Shown piece after piece: positions 38,236 through 49,983 of a DNA stretch of 64,000 bases (the stretch's first letter is position 1; every line of letters starts with the position of its first letter). This stretch comes from Pristiophorus japonicus (Eukaryota), in the NCBI RefSeq assembly GCF_044704955.1, contig NC_091978.1, positions 375,286,001 to 375,350,000 on the forward strand, given 5' to 3'. The translations under genes were made by a program, and so were the position numbers. The notes under the pieces are model-generated. The model made no database searches, was not told the origin of the DNA, and saw only the letters and a program-made list of their open reading frames with translations.

Positions 38236-40363
38236 ATGGGAATACGAAAGGCGCTACTCGTAATATGGATAGCCCTGCGACATGCACGTACCCTGGGCAA
38301 CACCGACGGACAGCAGAGCACGCTGGAAATAAACAACTATATGAACTATGGAGTCTTGTTTAATTTAACGGACGGAATGTGCATCCCAGCAGCCAAGGAC
38401 TGGAGCAAGGACAGGACTTATTTTAATGCATGGTTACAAGTGAATCCTAATAAGAATCCTAATAAGAATAAGAGTATGTGTACAGTGCTCCACGGGTATA
38501 AGGAGCAGATGCATTAAACGGAGGGATGTCATAGGGCCTGATGAATGTACTTTCGGCATAATTTGCGCGCCTCCGGGACAATCCCAGCAATCAGTCATCC
38601 GCAAGAAGAGAATGGGGCTGTGTGGGTATTACGAGGAGGCGGGGGCGGCTGCAATATCATTGTATGTATGTTTCTCACCCCCTCCGACACCGCGCCCCAT
38701 AAGAATCACTACATTGCCCGAAGAACTGCCTTGTCCCATAACTACTAAGGGACCAGAAAATGGGATTGCAATGTACAACGAAGGGGAATTATTGTATGAT
38801 AATGTTAAACATGAAATTGTGCCTGTTCTGATCAATATTTCAGGCATCCAGATGCCGGAATATTGTACCGAACAGTCAAGGAAGATGTACAATGTATTAA
38901 GTAAAGTCGTAATGCAGCAGGCTGCCGATGCCATGGGTGCCAGTAAGTTCCGGGGACAGGGGTTAGCACCCAGGGTGAAGAGGGAAATAGTAAATGATGT
39001 TGCTACCGTTTTTAATACAGGAACCTCCGTAGTGAACTCGATAGACATACAAGGGCTAAATGAGAGGGTAGAACAGCTTAAAGGGGTGATGAAGGGGTTA
39101 TTGGAGAGGTTGGAGCAAAACCAGGAAGACCAGGCCAACCTAGGAAAGGAGGGTGCCGAAATCCAGTTGGATGGCATCTCAGTCCTGGAAGCTCACGCTA
39201 AAACCATCAATCACCTCATTGATAGAGAACAAGAAGATACAATAAAGCAAAGACAGGGGCAACTCTGTCATGCTTATGGTCTGTGGATGGTGGGACAGAT
39301 CCGCCACAACCTCGACCAGATCCAACGTGGGGAAGTACCCGATTGGATAGACAGTTCACATTTAGCTCAGTTGGCGAACCAAAGGGGGACACTGGATAAT
39401 TGTACTCTGAAGGGACTGACCCGAGTATACCCCGCAATTCCAGATTGCCAGATGGGTAGGACTACCGGGATAGGGATAGTCCTGTTGATCCCCATAGCAA
39501 CGCCGGACTCAGGGCCGTTCCCCTTATACCAACTAGAGAATATCGGAGTAATACGGGAAAATGTCTCCATACGCTACTACCTAACCACCACCTCTGCCGT
39601 TCGTCGAAACAACATACTTACTGGGATTTCCCTAGCAGATTGCAAGCAAAGGGGGGAAATCACAGTATGCCCTCACCCGGTGGGCCGAGGGGAACTAGAC
39701 GAGTGCGGGTTTAACCGAACCAACGGGTGTGTACTAGAAATAGTGCCCGCACACATGCACTTCGCGAGGGCAGGCTACGGAGGGAGGGGAAGATACTGCG
39801 TCTCTACTACTGAGCGTTCATACCAGTATAATGACCTACAGTGCCCTATACCGCAGCCAAACTTTTGCTTTACACCACTACGACCTGTCGCGATCGGGCA
39901 AGCGCATATCACCCAGGTTAGGCGCCGGAAGTCCAAAGTTATTGAAGTAACTGATCAGCTCCATGATCATTTGCAGGATTATGACGAGCCAGAGCAGGTC
40001 CCTATCCCACATCTAACCGAAGTATTACGGGAGTTGAGGCTCAGAGTGGGTCAATCTGTAAAACTCTATCACCAGCTACAAACTAAAATCAAAGAAGATA
40101 CCGAGGTAGACTTACAAAGTCAGAGTTGGTGGAGAAAGGTCTGGGACTGGGGAATAAATGTGAACATCCACCCATGGATCCGAATTATTTCACACACACT
40201 GGTCGGAATACAATTAATCTTAGCAATAACATGGGGCGTGATGGCCTGCCAGGTATGCAGGCGCCACAAATGGCGGAAACGGACTAATCACCGTTCCCTG
40301 GATATTAAACAGGCCTGTTTGATAAGGGGACGGGAGGAGCTAGCCTTTGTTAATTTGATTTAA
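38236..40363 (+). CDS. env: Envelope / class I fusion glycoprotein (F-like); N-terminal signal-peptide frame separated by one frameshift near 38440-38475
   Basis: MGIRKALLVIWIAL signal peptide at 38236. The main frame is open from ~38444 to 40363, with furin site RVKR, fusion-peptide-like EIVNDVATVFNTGTSVV, a heptad repeat, a Cys-rich ectodomain, Trp-rich WWRKVWDW and a TM segment. Confidence 0.85.
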
Positions 40364-40502
40364 GCAACCGGAACTCCTGAAACCGCGTGACTGGCCAGCA
40401 CGTTGAGGCAAGGAGTACCGGGCAGTGCACAAATATCAGATAAAGGCAGTACGGTCGGTTAAAAGGGGACTAGGACTAGTCCCTTTACCGAAAGGGGGGA
40501 AT

Positions 40503-41177
40503 TGTTGTAGAGAGTAGAAATATATATAGACTTAGGCATTAGGCACCTGCTGGATATTTAAAACTCACATAAGCTTAAATGGACACACACATAAAATGGC
40601 TGCCCAGGCATTATGGGAAATCAGGTAGTCAAACTGTGAACTGTTGAACGTTCACTGACCGAGCAATAACCCTGTGAGGCCCACTGTAGGAATGCCTGGG
40701 AAGACAGAGATAAGAAGGAAACCATCTCCTGTGAACAAGGCCATGAAACCAATTATTTCAGGAAGAAAGATAAGAGGGAAACCATTTGCTGTAAACAAGG
40801 CTATATACCAATTATTTCTCCCAGATGAAAGAACTAGGGAGAGAACCTATAAAGCCATCGATCAGCCCAAGCTGACAATAACCGAACATATGGTTCCCTG
40901 GATAGTAGGAGAATTCTATTGGATTAAAGAACCTATATGTAATCTATAATCGTTCTGATTGGCTTGTGTCCAGCCGTGATGGGCTGTGTAACTGTAGTAA
41001 ACTGTTTTGTAACTGTTGTGAAACATATAAAGGTACATGTAACTCTTTGTTCTGTGAAGAGAAACCTGGATACGGTCCTGAGTTTTTCCTTCCCGCTGAG
41101 CGTATTAAAAGCTGCTTCAGCATTGGAACCGACCCTGAGTGTTGAGTGATTCTTCTAAGAAAACACTAACGCTAACA
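40503..41177 (+). repeat. 3' LTR of env-only provirus
   Basis: Near-identical to 34977-35651; the poly(A) signal reads ATTAAA here. Confidence 0.95.
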
Positions 41178-41709
41178 CAGTAAACCCACTTTCCCCACAC
41201 AAGAGGGCGCCTGTGCTACTCGTTCCTTCCAAAAGGAGGATTGGTCAGCACTTTAGTGAGATGAAGCCAGATATAAATCATTAAGCTGCTTTATTTTACA
41301 GTCAGTAAAGAGCAACAGTCATAATTAATGAAATTTTACTTTAAGTCATCTCAGCTTCTCCTTCCCATGAGGAACTGTCTCTGTAACACTTGGGCTTGGC
41401 TGTCTCCCTTACGTTGACAGGCCAAGGCCCTACCAGCTTCCTTAGCCAGAGTTTTTCCAACTGACCTACATCAATGAGTTTTCCTCTTGTGTTCCCCTGG
41501 CCAGGAATGTTGTCATTTCTTCCCTTTGCTCCTTCCCTGCCCTTGGGTTGGCCAATAGAACTGCTCATGATCCAGCCAGGTCCCTATCGAGCGGATTTCT
41601 ACCAGACAATCCCAGGCTGTGTACACAAGGACATGTTTACTCACACCACCTCAAATATGAATGCCAATGGGAAGCATCGGAAATGAAATGATAAACTACT
41701 TACTGTTCC

Positions 41710-42140
41710 ATCATCCACCAATGGATCCACCACCGACCCAATCCACATCCGAACCGGGATCAAGCAGAGCTGCGTCATCACTCCGACCCTCTTCATGATC
41801 TTCCTCGCTGCCATGCTCCACCTCACAGTCAACAAGCTCCCCGCTGGAGTGCAACTAAACTACAGAACCAGTGGGAACCTGTTCAACCTTCGTCGCCTCC
41901 AGGTCAGATCCAAGACTGTCCCATCCTCTGTCGTCGAGCTACAGTACACGGACGATGCCTGCGTCTGCGCACATACAGAGGCTGCACTCCAAGCTATTGT
42001 CATCACCTTCACCGAGGTGTACAAAAGCATGGGCCTTACGCTAAACATCCATAAGACAAAGGTCCTCCACCAACCTGACCCCACCACACAGCACTGCCCC
42101 CCAGTCATCATGATCCACGGCGTGGTCCGGGACAACATTG
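41710..42140 (+). mobile_element. RTE/BovB-like RT fragment
   Basis: Same family as 1590-3170 (LQYTDDAC motif). Confidence 0.85.
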
Positions 42141-42374
42141 TTGTGGATAGCAGTTTCAAAAGCAGGTTCATTATGTCCTCTTTGTCCACGTGCTCCAGCC
42201 TTTCATGGTGCCAACGGGCCCTGTGGGTTCCAGTGGCATTCCTAAAGCTGGATGAGAAAGAAGAAAAAATGGATGAAGGCAAATTACATCAAAGAAGGTC
42301 ATGTAGCAGGGACAAAACATTGACTTCAGTGAGCAATCTGAGCCCCCCACCAACAGTCCTGCCCTATAGACATG

Positions 42375-44117
42375 CAGGGACAGCAGGCAGTAAAGGAAGC
42401 AAATGGCATGTTGGCCTTCATAGCAAGAGGATTTGAGTATAGGAGCAGGGAAGTCTTGCTGCAGTTGTACAGGGCCTTGGTGAGACCACACCTTGAGTAT
42501 TGTGTGCAGTTTTAGTCTCCTAATCTGAAGAAGGACTTTCTTGCTATTGAGGGAGTGCAGCGAAGGTTCACCAGACCGATTCCCGGGATGGTAGGACTGA
42601 CATATGAAGCAAGGTTGGATCGACTCGGCTCATATTCAATGGAACTTAGAAGAATGAGAGGGAATCTCATAGAAGCATATAAAATTCTGACGGGATTGGT
42701 CAGGTTAGATGCAGGAAGAATGTTCCTGATGTTGGGGAAGTCCAGAACCAGGGGTCACAGGCTAAGGATAAGGGATAAACCATCTAGGACCCCTCCCCAC
42801 AGTGACGGGATCAGCCCAAGTCAGTATGGATTTATGAAAGGGAAATCCTGCTTGACAAATCCTCTAGATTTTTTGCGGATGTAACTAGTAGAGTGGACAA
42901 GGGAGAACCAGTGGATGTGGTGTATTTGGACTTTCAAAAGGCTTTTGTCAAGGTCCCACACAAGAGATTGGTGTGCAAAATTAAAGCACATAGTATTGGG
43001 GGTAATGTACTGACATGGATAGAGAACTGGTTGGCAGACAGGAAGCAGAGATTTGGGATAAACTGGTCCTTTTCCGAATGGCAGGCAGTGACTAGTGGGG
43101 TACTGCAGGGCTCAGTGCTGGGACCCCAGCTATTTGCAATATATATTAATAATTTGGCTGAGGGAATTGAGTGTAATATCTCCAAGTTTTCAGATGACAC
43201 TAAGCTGGGTGGCGGTGTGAGCTGTGAAGAGGACGCTAAGAGGCTGCAGGGTGACTTGGGCAGGTTAGGTGAGTGGGCAAACACATAGCAGATGCAGTAT
43301 AATGTGGATAAATATGAGATTATCCACTTTGGTGGCAAAAACACGAAGGCAGAATATTATCTGAATGGCAGCAGATTAGGAAAAGGGGAGGTGCAACGAG
43401 ACCTGGGTGTCATGGTACATCAGTCATTGAAAGTTGGCATGCAGGTACAGCAGGCGGTGAAGAAGGTAAATGGTATGTTGGCCTTCATAGCTAGGGGATT
43501 TGAGTATAGGAGCAGGGAGGTCTTACTGCAGTTGTACAGGGCCTTAGTGAGGCCTCACCTGGAATATTGTGTTCAGTTTTGGTCTCCTAATCTGAGGAAG
43601 GACGTTCTTGCTATTGAGGGAATACAGCGAAGGTTCACCAGACTGATTCCCGGGATGGCAGGACTGACATATGAGGAGAGACTGAATCGAATGGGCCTGT
43701 ATTCACTGGAGTTTAGAAGGATGAGAGGGGATCTCATAGAAACATATAAAATTCTGTCGGGACTGGACAGGTTAGATGTAGGAAGAATGTTCCCGATGTT
43801 GGGGAAGTCCAGAACCAGGGGACATAGTCGAAGGATAAGGGTTTAGCCATTTAGGACTGAGATGATGAGAAACTTCTTCACTCAGAGAGTTGTTAACCTG
43901 TGGAATTCCCTACTGCAGAGAGTTGTTGATGCCAGTTCATTGGGTATATTCAAGGAGGAGTTAGGTATGGCCCTTACGGCTAAAGGGATCAAGGGGATAT
44001 GGAGAGAAAGCAGGAAAGGGGTATTGAGGGAATGATCTGCCATGATCTTATTGAATGGTGGTGCAGGCTCGAAGGGCCGAATGGCCTACTCCAGCACCTA
44101 TTTTCTATGATTCTATG
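42375..44117 (+). mobile_element. CR1 LINE fragments (two pieces)
   Basis: RT ORFs 42555-42884, 42893-43288, 43292-43846; TTCTATGA tail at ~44103-44117. Confidence 0.92.
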
Positions 44118-44710
44118 TGTCTATCTCTCTCTCTGCCCCCCCTCTCTCTCTCTCCCACCCTCGCCTCTCTCTCTCTCTCTCTCTGTCCCAACCCCACCTC
44201 TCTCTCTCTCTTCTCTCTCCCCACCCCTCCCCACATCTTTCTTTCTCCCCCCCCGTATCTCTCTCTCCCACCCTCCCGTGTCTCTCTCTCTCCACCCCGT
44301 GTCTCTCGCTCTCTCTCCCCAGCCCCCAGTCCTCTCTCTCACTCCCTCCCACCCCCCCCTGTCTCTCTCTATCTCTCTCTCCCCACAGCCCCTCTCCCCC
44401 GTCTCTCTCTCTCTCTCCCACCCCCCCCCTTGTCTCTCTCTATCTCCCCCCCGTGTCTCTCTCTCTCTCACCCCCTGTCTCTCTCTCTCTCTTTCCCCCA
44501 TCTCTCTCTCTCCCCACCCCCCACATCTCTCTCTCTCTCCCCCTCTGCCTCTCTCTCTCTCTCCACACCCCCCACTTCTCCCTCTCTCTCTCCACACCCC
44601 CACTTCTCCCTCTCTCTCTCTCTCCACACCCCCCACATCGCTCTCTCTCTCTCCCCACCCCCTCCACATCTCTCTCTGTCGCTCTCTCTCCTCACCCCCC
44701 CCACATCTCT
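44118..44710. repeat. CT-rich low-complexity tract
   Basis: (CT)n and poly-C mosaic next to the assembly gap. Confidence 0.95.
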
Positions 44711-44960
44711 NNNNNNNNNNNNNNNNNNNNNNNNNNNNNNNNNNNNNNNNNNNNNNNNNNNNNNNNNNNNNNNNNNNNNNNNNNNNNNNNNNNNNNNNNN
44801 NNNNNNNNNNNNNNNNNNNNNNNNNNNNNNNNNNNNNNNNNNNNNNNNNNNNNNNNNNNNNNNNNNNNNNNNNNNNNNNNNNNNNNNNNNNNNNNNNNNN
44901 NNNNNNNNNNNNNNNNNNNNNNNNNNNNNNNNNNNNNNNNNNNNNNNNNNNNNNNNNNNN
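44711..44960. other. Assembly gap (250 N)
   Basis: Run of N. Confidence 1.
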
Positions 44961-45422
44961 TCCCACTACCTCCGATGTTTTTTCTCCCACAGAAGGCTGC
45001 AATGATGCAAAAACTGGGAGCAATGTTTCAGCAGTGGACTCCATGCTGACTCTTCGGGGCCCCACTGCCGATTCTGCTTTCAGTTGCACGAGAGGCGTCG
45101 GGGGCGGAGGCCAGAGGACGCAGGCGCAGAAAAAACGCAGTGCATATAGTCACAGTGATTTAACAATGGGGATAGGGAACTAGGGAGCAATTAGCTTAAC
45201 GTCGGTTGTTGGAAATGTAATGGGATCTTACTCAAAGACGTAATAGAAAAATATCTAGAAACCAAAACTATAATAAAGAATAATTAGTATTTCTTATATT
45301 CTTATGTTCACTTTTTATAGAAAACTGATTATCATCACAGCAATATTAATGAAATGAAATTGAGAAAGAGCGCGAGCTACCTGTCTGAGTAGCAGCCAGG
45401 CAGAGGCACTGGCAGTCGATGG

Positions 45423-45676
45423 GGTCATGTATTTCACCATCTTGCAATGACTATAAGTATGTAACTGTAACTCATACATACTGTACCTGTACCCTTGTAA
45501 TGCACACCCTGACCACAGGGAGTGAGCTCCTCACCTGGAATTTCAGGTATAAAAGGGGAGGTCCCACCCAGGATCAGCACTCTTCAGTCCTGGAAATAAA
45601 GTGAAGGTCACAGAGTGACCGTGTCTGATATATACATGCCTCGTGTGAGTTTGTAACAAGGTGCAGAGACACTACA
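45423..45676 (+). mobile_element. Gypsy-type solo LTR
   Basis: (G)GTCATG...CTACA flanked by 5-bp TSD GATGG (45418-45422 / 45677-45681); internal TATAAAA and AATAAA. Confidence 0.75.
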
Positions 45677-45804
45677 GATGGCTTGCCAGAATATTATCGG
45701 TGAGCTGATAAGGTGGCACTGCAAATACACAACAATCTTTTCCCTTTTTTGTCTCAGGCCAAGATGTTACAGTGCCACCACTGGAGAATGCAGCAATAGC
45801 AGAT

Positions 45805-46232
45805 GGAACAAAAGCAAAATACTGCGTAACTGGAAATCTGAAATAAAAACAGAAAATGCTGGAAATACTCGGCAGGTCAGGCAGCGTCTGTGGAGAGAGA
45901 CACAGAGTTAACGTTTCAGGTCCATGACCTTTTGTCAGAACTGGAATAAGTTCAAGATGTAACAAGTTTTAAGCTGGGGCAGGGAGAGGGGGGAGGGGAG
46001 GGGAGGAGAAAAGTGATTGGGTGGGAGGCAGGAGAGGTTAAAGGACAGAGGGATGATGGTGCGAGGCAAAGGGTGGTATTGGGACAAGTACAGAAACAAT
46101 GGATGAGATTAGAAGAGGTGTAAATGAGAATATCTGAATCATCATCATTTGCTGTCTGCAGAACTGGGGCAGAGAGTATGATGTGAAATTGTTGAACTTG
46201 ATGTTGAACCAGGAAAAGTTCAAAGTGCCAAA
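45805..46232 (-). mobile_element. Penelope-like 3' end / pLTR
   Basis: Reverse-complement similarity to 5860-6312, including a degenerate hammerhead core at 45903-45944. Confidence 0.75.
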
Positions 46233-47381
46233 TCAACAGATAATCGAAAGAAGAATAGCAGATGGATCAGAAAAGTCCCAGGGCCTCCACTGAAGTTCTT
46301 TTTTAAATTGGCACTTAGAAAGACCTGGGATGTGGGCGTTGCTGGCAAGGCCGGCATTTATTGCCCATCCCTAATTGCCCCTTGAGAAGGTGGTGGTAAG
46401 CTGCCTTCTTGAACCGCTGCAGTCCGTGTGGTGAAGATGCTCCCACAGTGCTGTTAGGGAGGGAGTTCCAGGATTGTGACCCAGCGACGATGAAGGAACG
46501 GCCGATATATTTCCCAGTCGGGATGGTGTGTGACTGGGAGGGGAACGTGGAGGTGGTGGTGTTCCCATGCGCCTGCTGCCCTTGTCCTTCTAGGTGGTAG
46601 AGGTCGTGGGATTGGGAGGTGCTGCCGAAGAAGCCTTGGCGAGTTGCTGCAGTGCATCTTGTAGATGGTGCACACTGCAGCCACGGTGCGCCGGTGGTGG
46701 AGGGAGTGAGTGTTGAAGGTGGTGGATGGGATGCTGATAGAGAATTCAAACAGGCTGCATTTAGACAGGCTGCGAAAATTCACAGACCCCAAATCAAAGC
46801 TACTACGTGCAGTTCAGCATGTGGCATTAAGTCATCAATCAACTTGACATTTCAGGACCTTGGGTAGCGAGCCAATTAAAAGGTTAAAAGACCATTAATT
46901 TAGCCAATAAGGTCAAAGAAGGTGAGTTCTTTTCTGTAAATTGAACCCGGTATAAATATAGCCATTTTAGCCATGTGGTCCCAGAAGGACAAAGGCCTGG
47001 CTTAAAGCCAAGAGCTTGTTACTGCTGCCAAAATAAAGTGACATTAAAACTACAATCGGAGTTCGTATTTCATTGGAAATCAAGAGATCTAACAATTTTG
47101 GCATCACGAACATGATTGCTGAGGAAAGAAACTGAATTTTGGACATCGGACCTACATACTGAGGTAAGGACTCCTCTTTATAAAAGTCCTCGGTCAAAAG
47201 TCTAAATTCACCTCTCCTTCTACGTGATTCCGAAAACCTCCGGTTTGCGAACCCTCCAGTTGGTAGTCGGCTCGAGGTCCCATAGACGTCTAACTTCGGC
47301 GGTGTGTTAGTTAATTAATCACCGACCTATTGATCGGCTGGAAAGTCTACGACTCGAGACCCCAGTAAAGAAATCAGTATT

Positions 47382-48938
47382 ATGGCAGCAGGAGATAAGA
47401 GCAAAGAATTGCCTACAACTGTTAAAGGTGGGCAGGCACCACCTGAGGTTTCGATCGATGAAATCCTCCAACAGTTGAAAGGATACATAGAGCAACAATT
47501 CAACTTATCTAAAACCTGTATTAAGATCGAACAAAAATATGGTATCTCCAAAGGACAATGGTCCTTGGACGAGATTAAAAGGGTCTGGGGAAAAACGACC
47601 CGTATGAAAAATAAAGAGCGAACTAGATGGTCCCTAGCGGTTATGGGCCAGATTCGAAACCAGAATGAAATTATAATGCGTTCCCAACATGATCGAGAAC
47701 TGACCAGTATAAAGGATCAATTGCAAGCTGTTTGTGCACAGCTGCGACAGAAAAAGCTTGAACTTGAAAAGCTGGAAGCGGAAGTTAAAGATCTTAAAGG
47801 TATAATTAAAGAATGAAAAAAATCATAAGGTCAAGAGACATTAATAGGAAAAGGAAAATGTATCGATCGGTCAATTCCCAGGGTACCCATGTTTGGATAA
47901 ATTAAAAGCGCAAACCCGAAGACACGACCGAGGAATAGATCCGGATTCTCAACCCGACGACGATACAGGGTCGGAGGATGATGAAGAATTAGGGGTGCGC
48001 TTTGCCCCGTTAAAAAAAAGACGAGTTGTAGTCAAATCAGAAGAGACTGCGGATGAGGGCGGAACCAAAAAAACAAAGAAAAGGCTGTATGAAAAATACT
48101 TAGTTCATGATCCGGCAGACCCAGAGAAAATTGATAAATGGTCCAAGGAGTTGCCCAATCCAAAGAAAGGGGGAGTAAAAACGTGGGACCAATTGGACCG
48201 CTTAAGAAATATATATCAACTTCATCCCTGGGACGGAGTGCAAATTTTGACCATAATGGTGCCAAAAACACAGGGAAGAAAATTGCACGACAAGGTAGAT
48301 GAAGCTTTGGGGCAGAATGAGCAAGAATTAGACGCAGGATGGGAGGCGATTAAACACTGGCTGCAAGCCTTCAGTCCAGCTAAGACAGACTGGGGAAAAA
48401 TTGCAGCCTGCTAACAGAAAGGAACAGAGGAGGTCCTGGAGTATGGCGAGCGGTTTAGATGCACGTGGCTAGAACATTCGGGTATGAATAATACAGATGA
48501 GGAAATGGATGAACAAGTGTTTGGACCCCTGAAAGCAGCTTTCGTGGCAGAACTGTTAAAATGCTTAAGGTAGTGTTACCGGACTGGGAAGGTAGAGGAA
48601 CTACCTTTGCAGCATTGGTGGATCGATGTAACCAATTAGATCGGAATATGGGGGCTAAAGTCCGAGCTGTACAGGCTATGGGATGGAAATCCCAGGATTC
48701 CGATAAACAGTTATTAGGAAAATTACCCGGAAAATGTCATTATTGTGGGAAAGAAGGTCACTGGGCCAAGACGTGCAGGGCAAAACAGCAAGGTCACGGC
48801 CAGGGAAGAGGACGCAGTCAGGGATACAATTCAGCCAACAAACCAGGCTTGTCACAAGATAACGACCTCATAGAAGCATTTAAGCGACTGACAATACAAA
48901 AACATAAGGAGTTACTTGGGATAGCAAAAGACGATTAG
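47382..48938 (+). pseudogene. gag: gag (disrupted): coiled-coil N-terminal part, capsid (YQLHPWDG), CCHC zinc knuckle
   Basis: ORFs 47382-47816, 47893-48414 and 48561-48938 with CHYCGKEGHWAKTC; stops and frameshifts between them. Confidence 0.88.
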
Positions 48939-49983
48939 AGCCCACCCTGGCCCCCCTCCTCGCACTAATACAACAAAGGGGAGATGGGCTATATATATAA
49001 CTGTGAGGGTGGGCGATAAGGATGTGGACTGTCTTTTAGACACGGGCGGAATTAACATGCTTACCCCTACAATATGGAGACTTTTTGCCGTTGGATGGTA
49101 GGGCACGTACAGCCTATGGAGTTGGGGGCCATAAAATGGAAATTAAAAGGACAATACCAGTACTTATAGGGCTGGGTCCACATGAATTCAGCAATTGGAG
49201 AAACAAGGGGTGCTTATTAAAACGCACAGCTCCTCCAATAGCCCCGTGTGGCCGGTACAGAAATCTAATGAGACTTGGCGTTTGACTGTCGATTATAGGA
49301 GAGCTAACCAGTGTATTGATCAAAAAGCTCCTTTGGTCGCAGATCCCTCCACCATTTTTAACGCCCTCAAACCGGAACATAAATATTTCTCGGTTATAGA
49401 TATGGCCAATGGATTTTGGTCGGTGCCTCTGGCACCGGAGGTTCGACAGTGGTTTGCTTTCACGGTCCAAGGACAACAGTATACTTGGACCCGGTTACCG
49501 CAGGGTTTCCACAACAGCCCTACGGTATTCCACATGGCTTTACAAAGCCATTTGCGAGAATTACCTCCCCTGTCATCCACAGTCATCCAATATGTAGACG
49601 ATATCCTGCTAGCTTCAAACACGGAAGAACAGCATGAACAAGATTTATGAGCTTTGCTGGACCACCTTTGGCTGAAAGGACATAAAGCCAGCATCGACAA
49701 AGCACAAATATCCCAAGAAGAGGTTGTATACCTGGGACAAAAGATTTCACGAGGAAAGAGAGAATTTACCCAGGATAGAACTGCAGCCATTCGGGCTGCT
49801 AAAAAACCCACCACTATTCAGGAACTAAGGTCCTTTTTGGGATTGTGTAACTTTAACAGAAATTGGATTGACTCCTTCACACAGCTTGCTCAGCCATTGA
49901 ATGATATCTTAAAGGGGAAACGTGCCTCTAAAGAAGCCATCACCCTCACTAAGGAACAGCAAGAGGCCTTCCTGAGTTTGAAA

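Larger units (their letters stand above)
34977..41177 (+). mobile_element. Young env-only endogenous retrovirus-like provirus (lokiretrovirus-like)
   Basis: 675-bp LTRs (34977-35651, 40503-41177), TGTTG...TAACA, only ~3 differences seen. tRNA-Ser-like PBS TGGCGTAGTCGACGGGATT at 35653. PPT AAAGGGGGGA at 40491-40500. No gag or pol recognisable. Confidence 0.92.

Noticed and set aside
34973-41181. Clean 4-5-bp TSD for the env-only provirus
   Set aside because: Only CAG, or an overlapping ACAG/CAGT, is shared, so the TSD length could not be fixed.
43999-45183. Long Pro/Ser/Leu or Glu/Arg ORFs
   Set aside because: Artefacts of the CT-rich low-complexity tract and the N gap.
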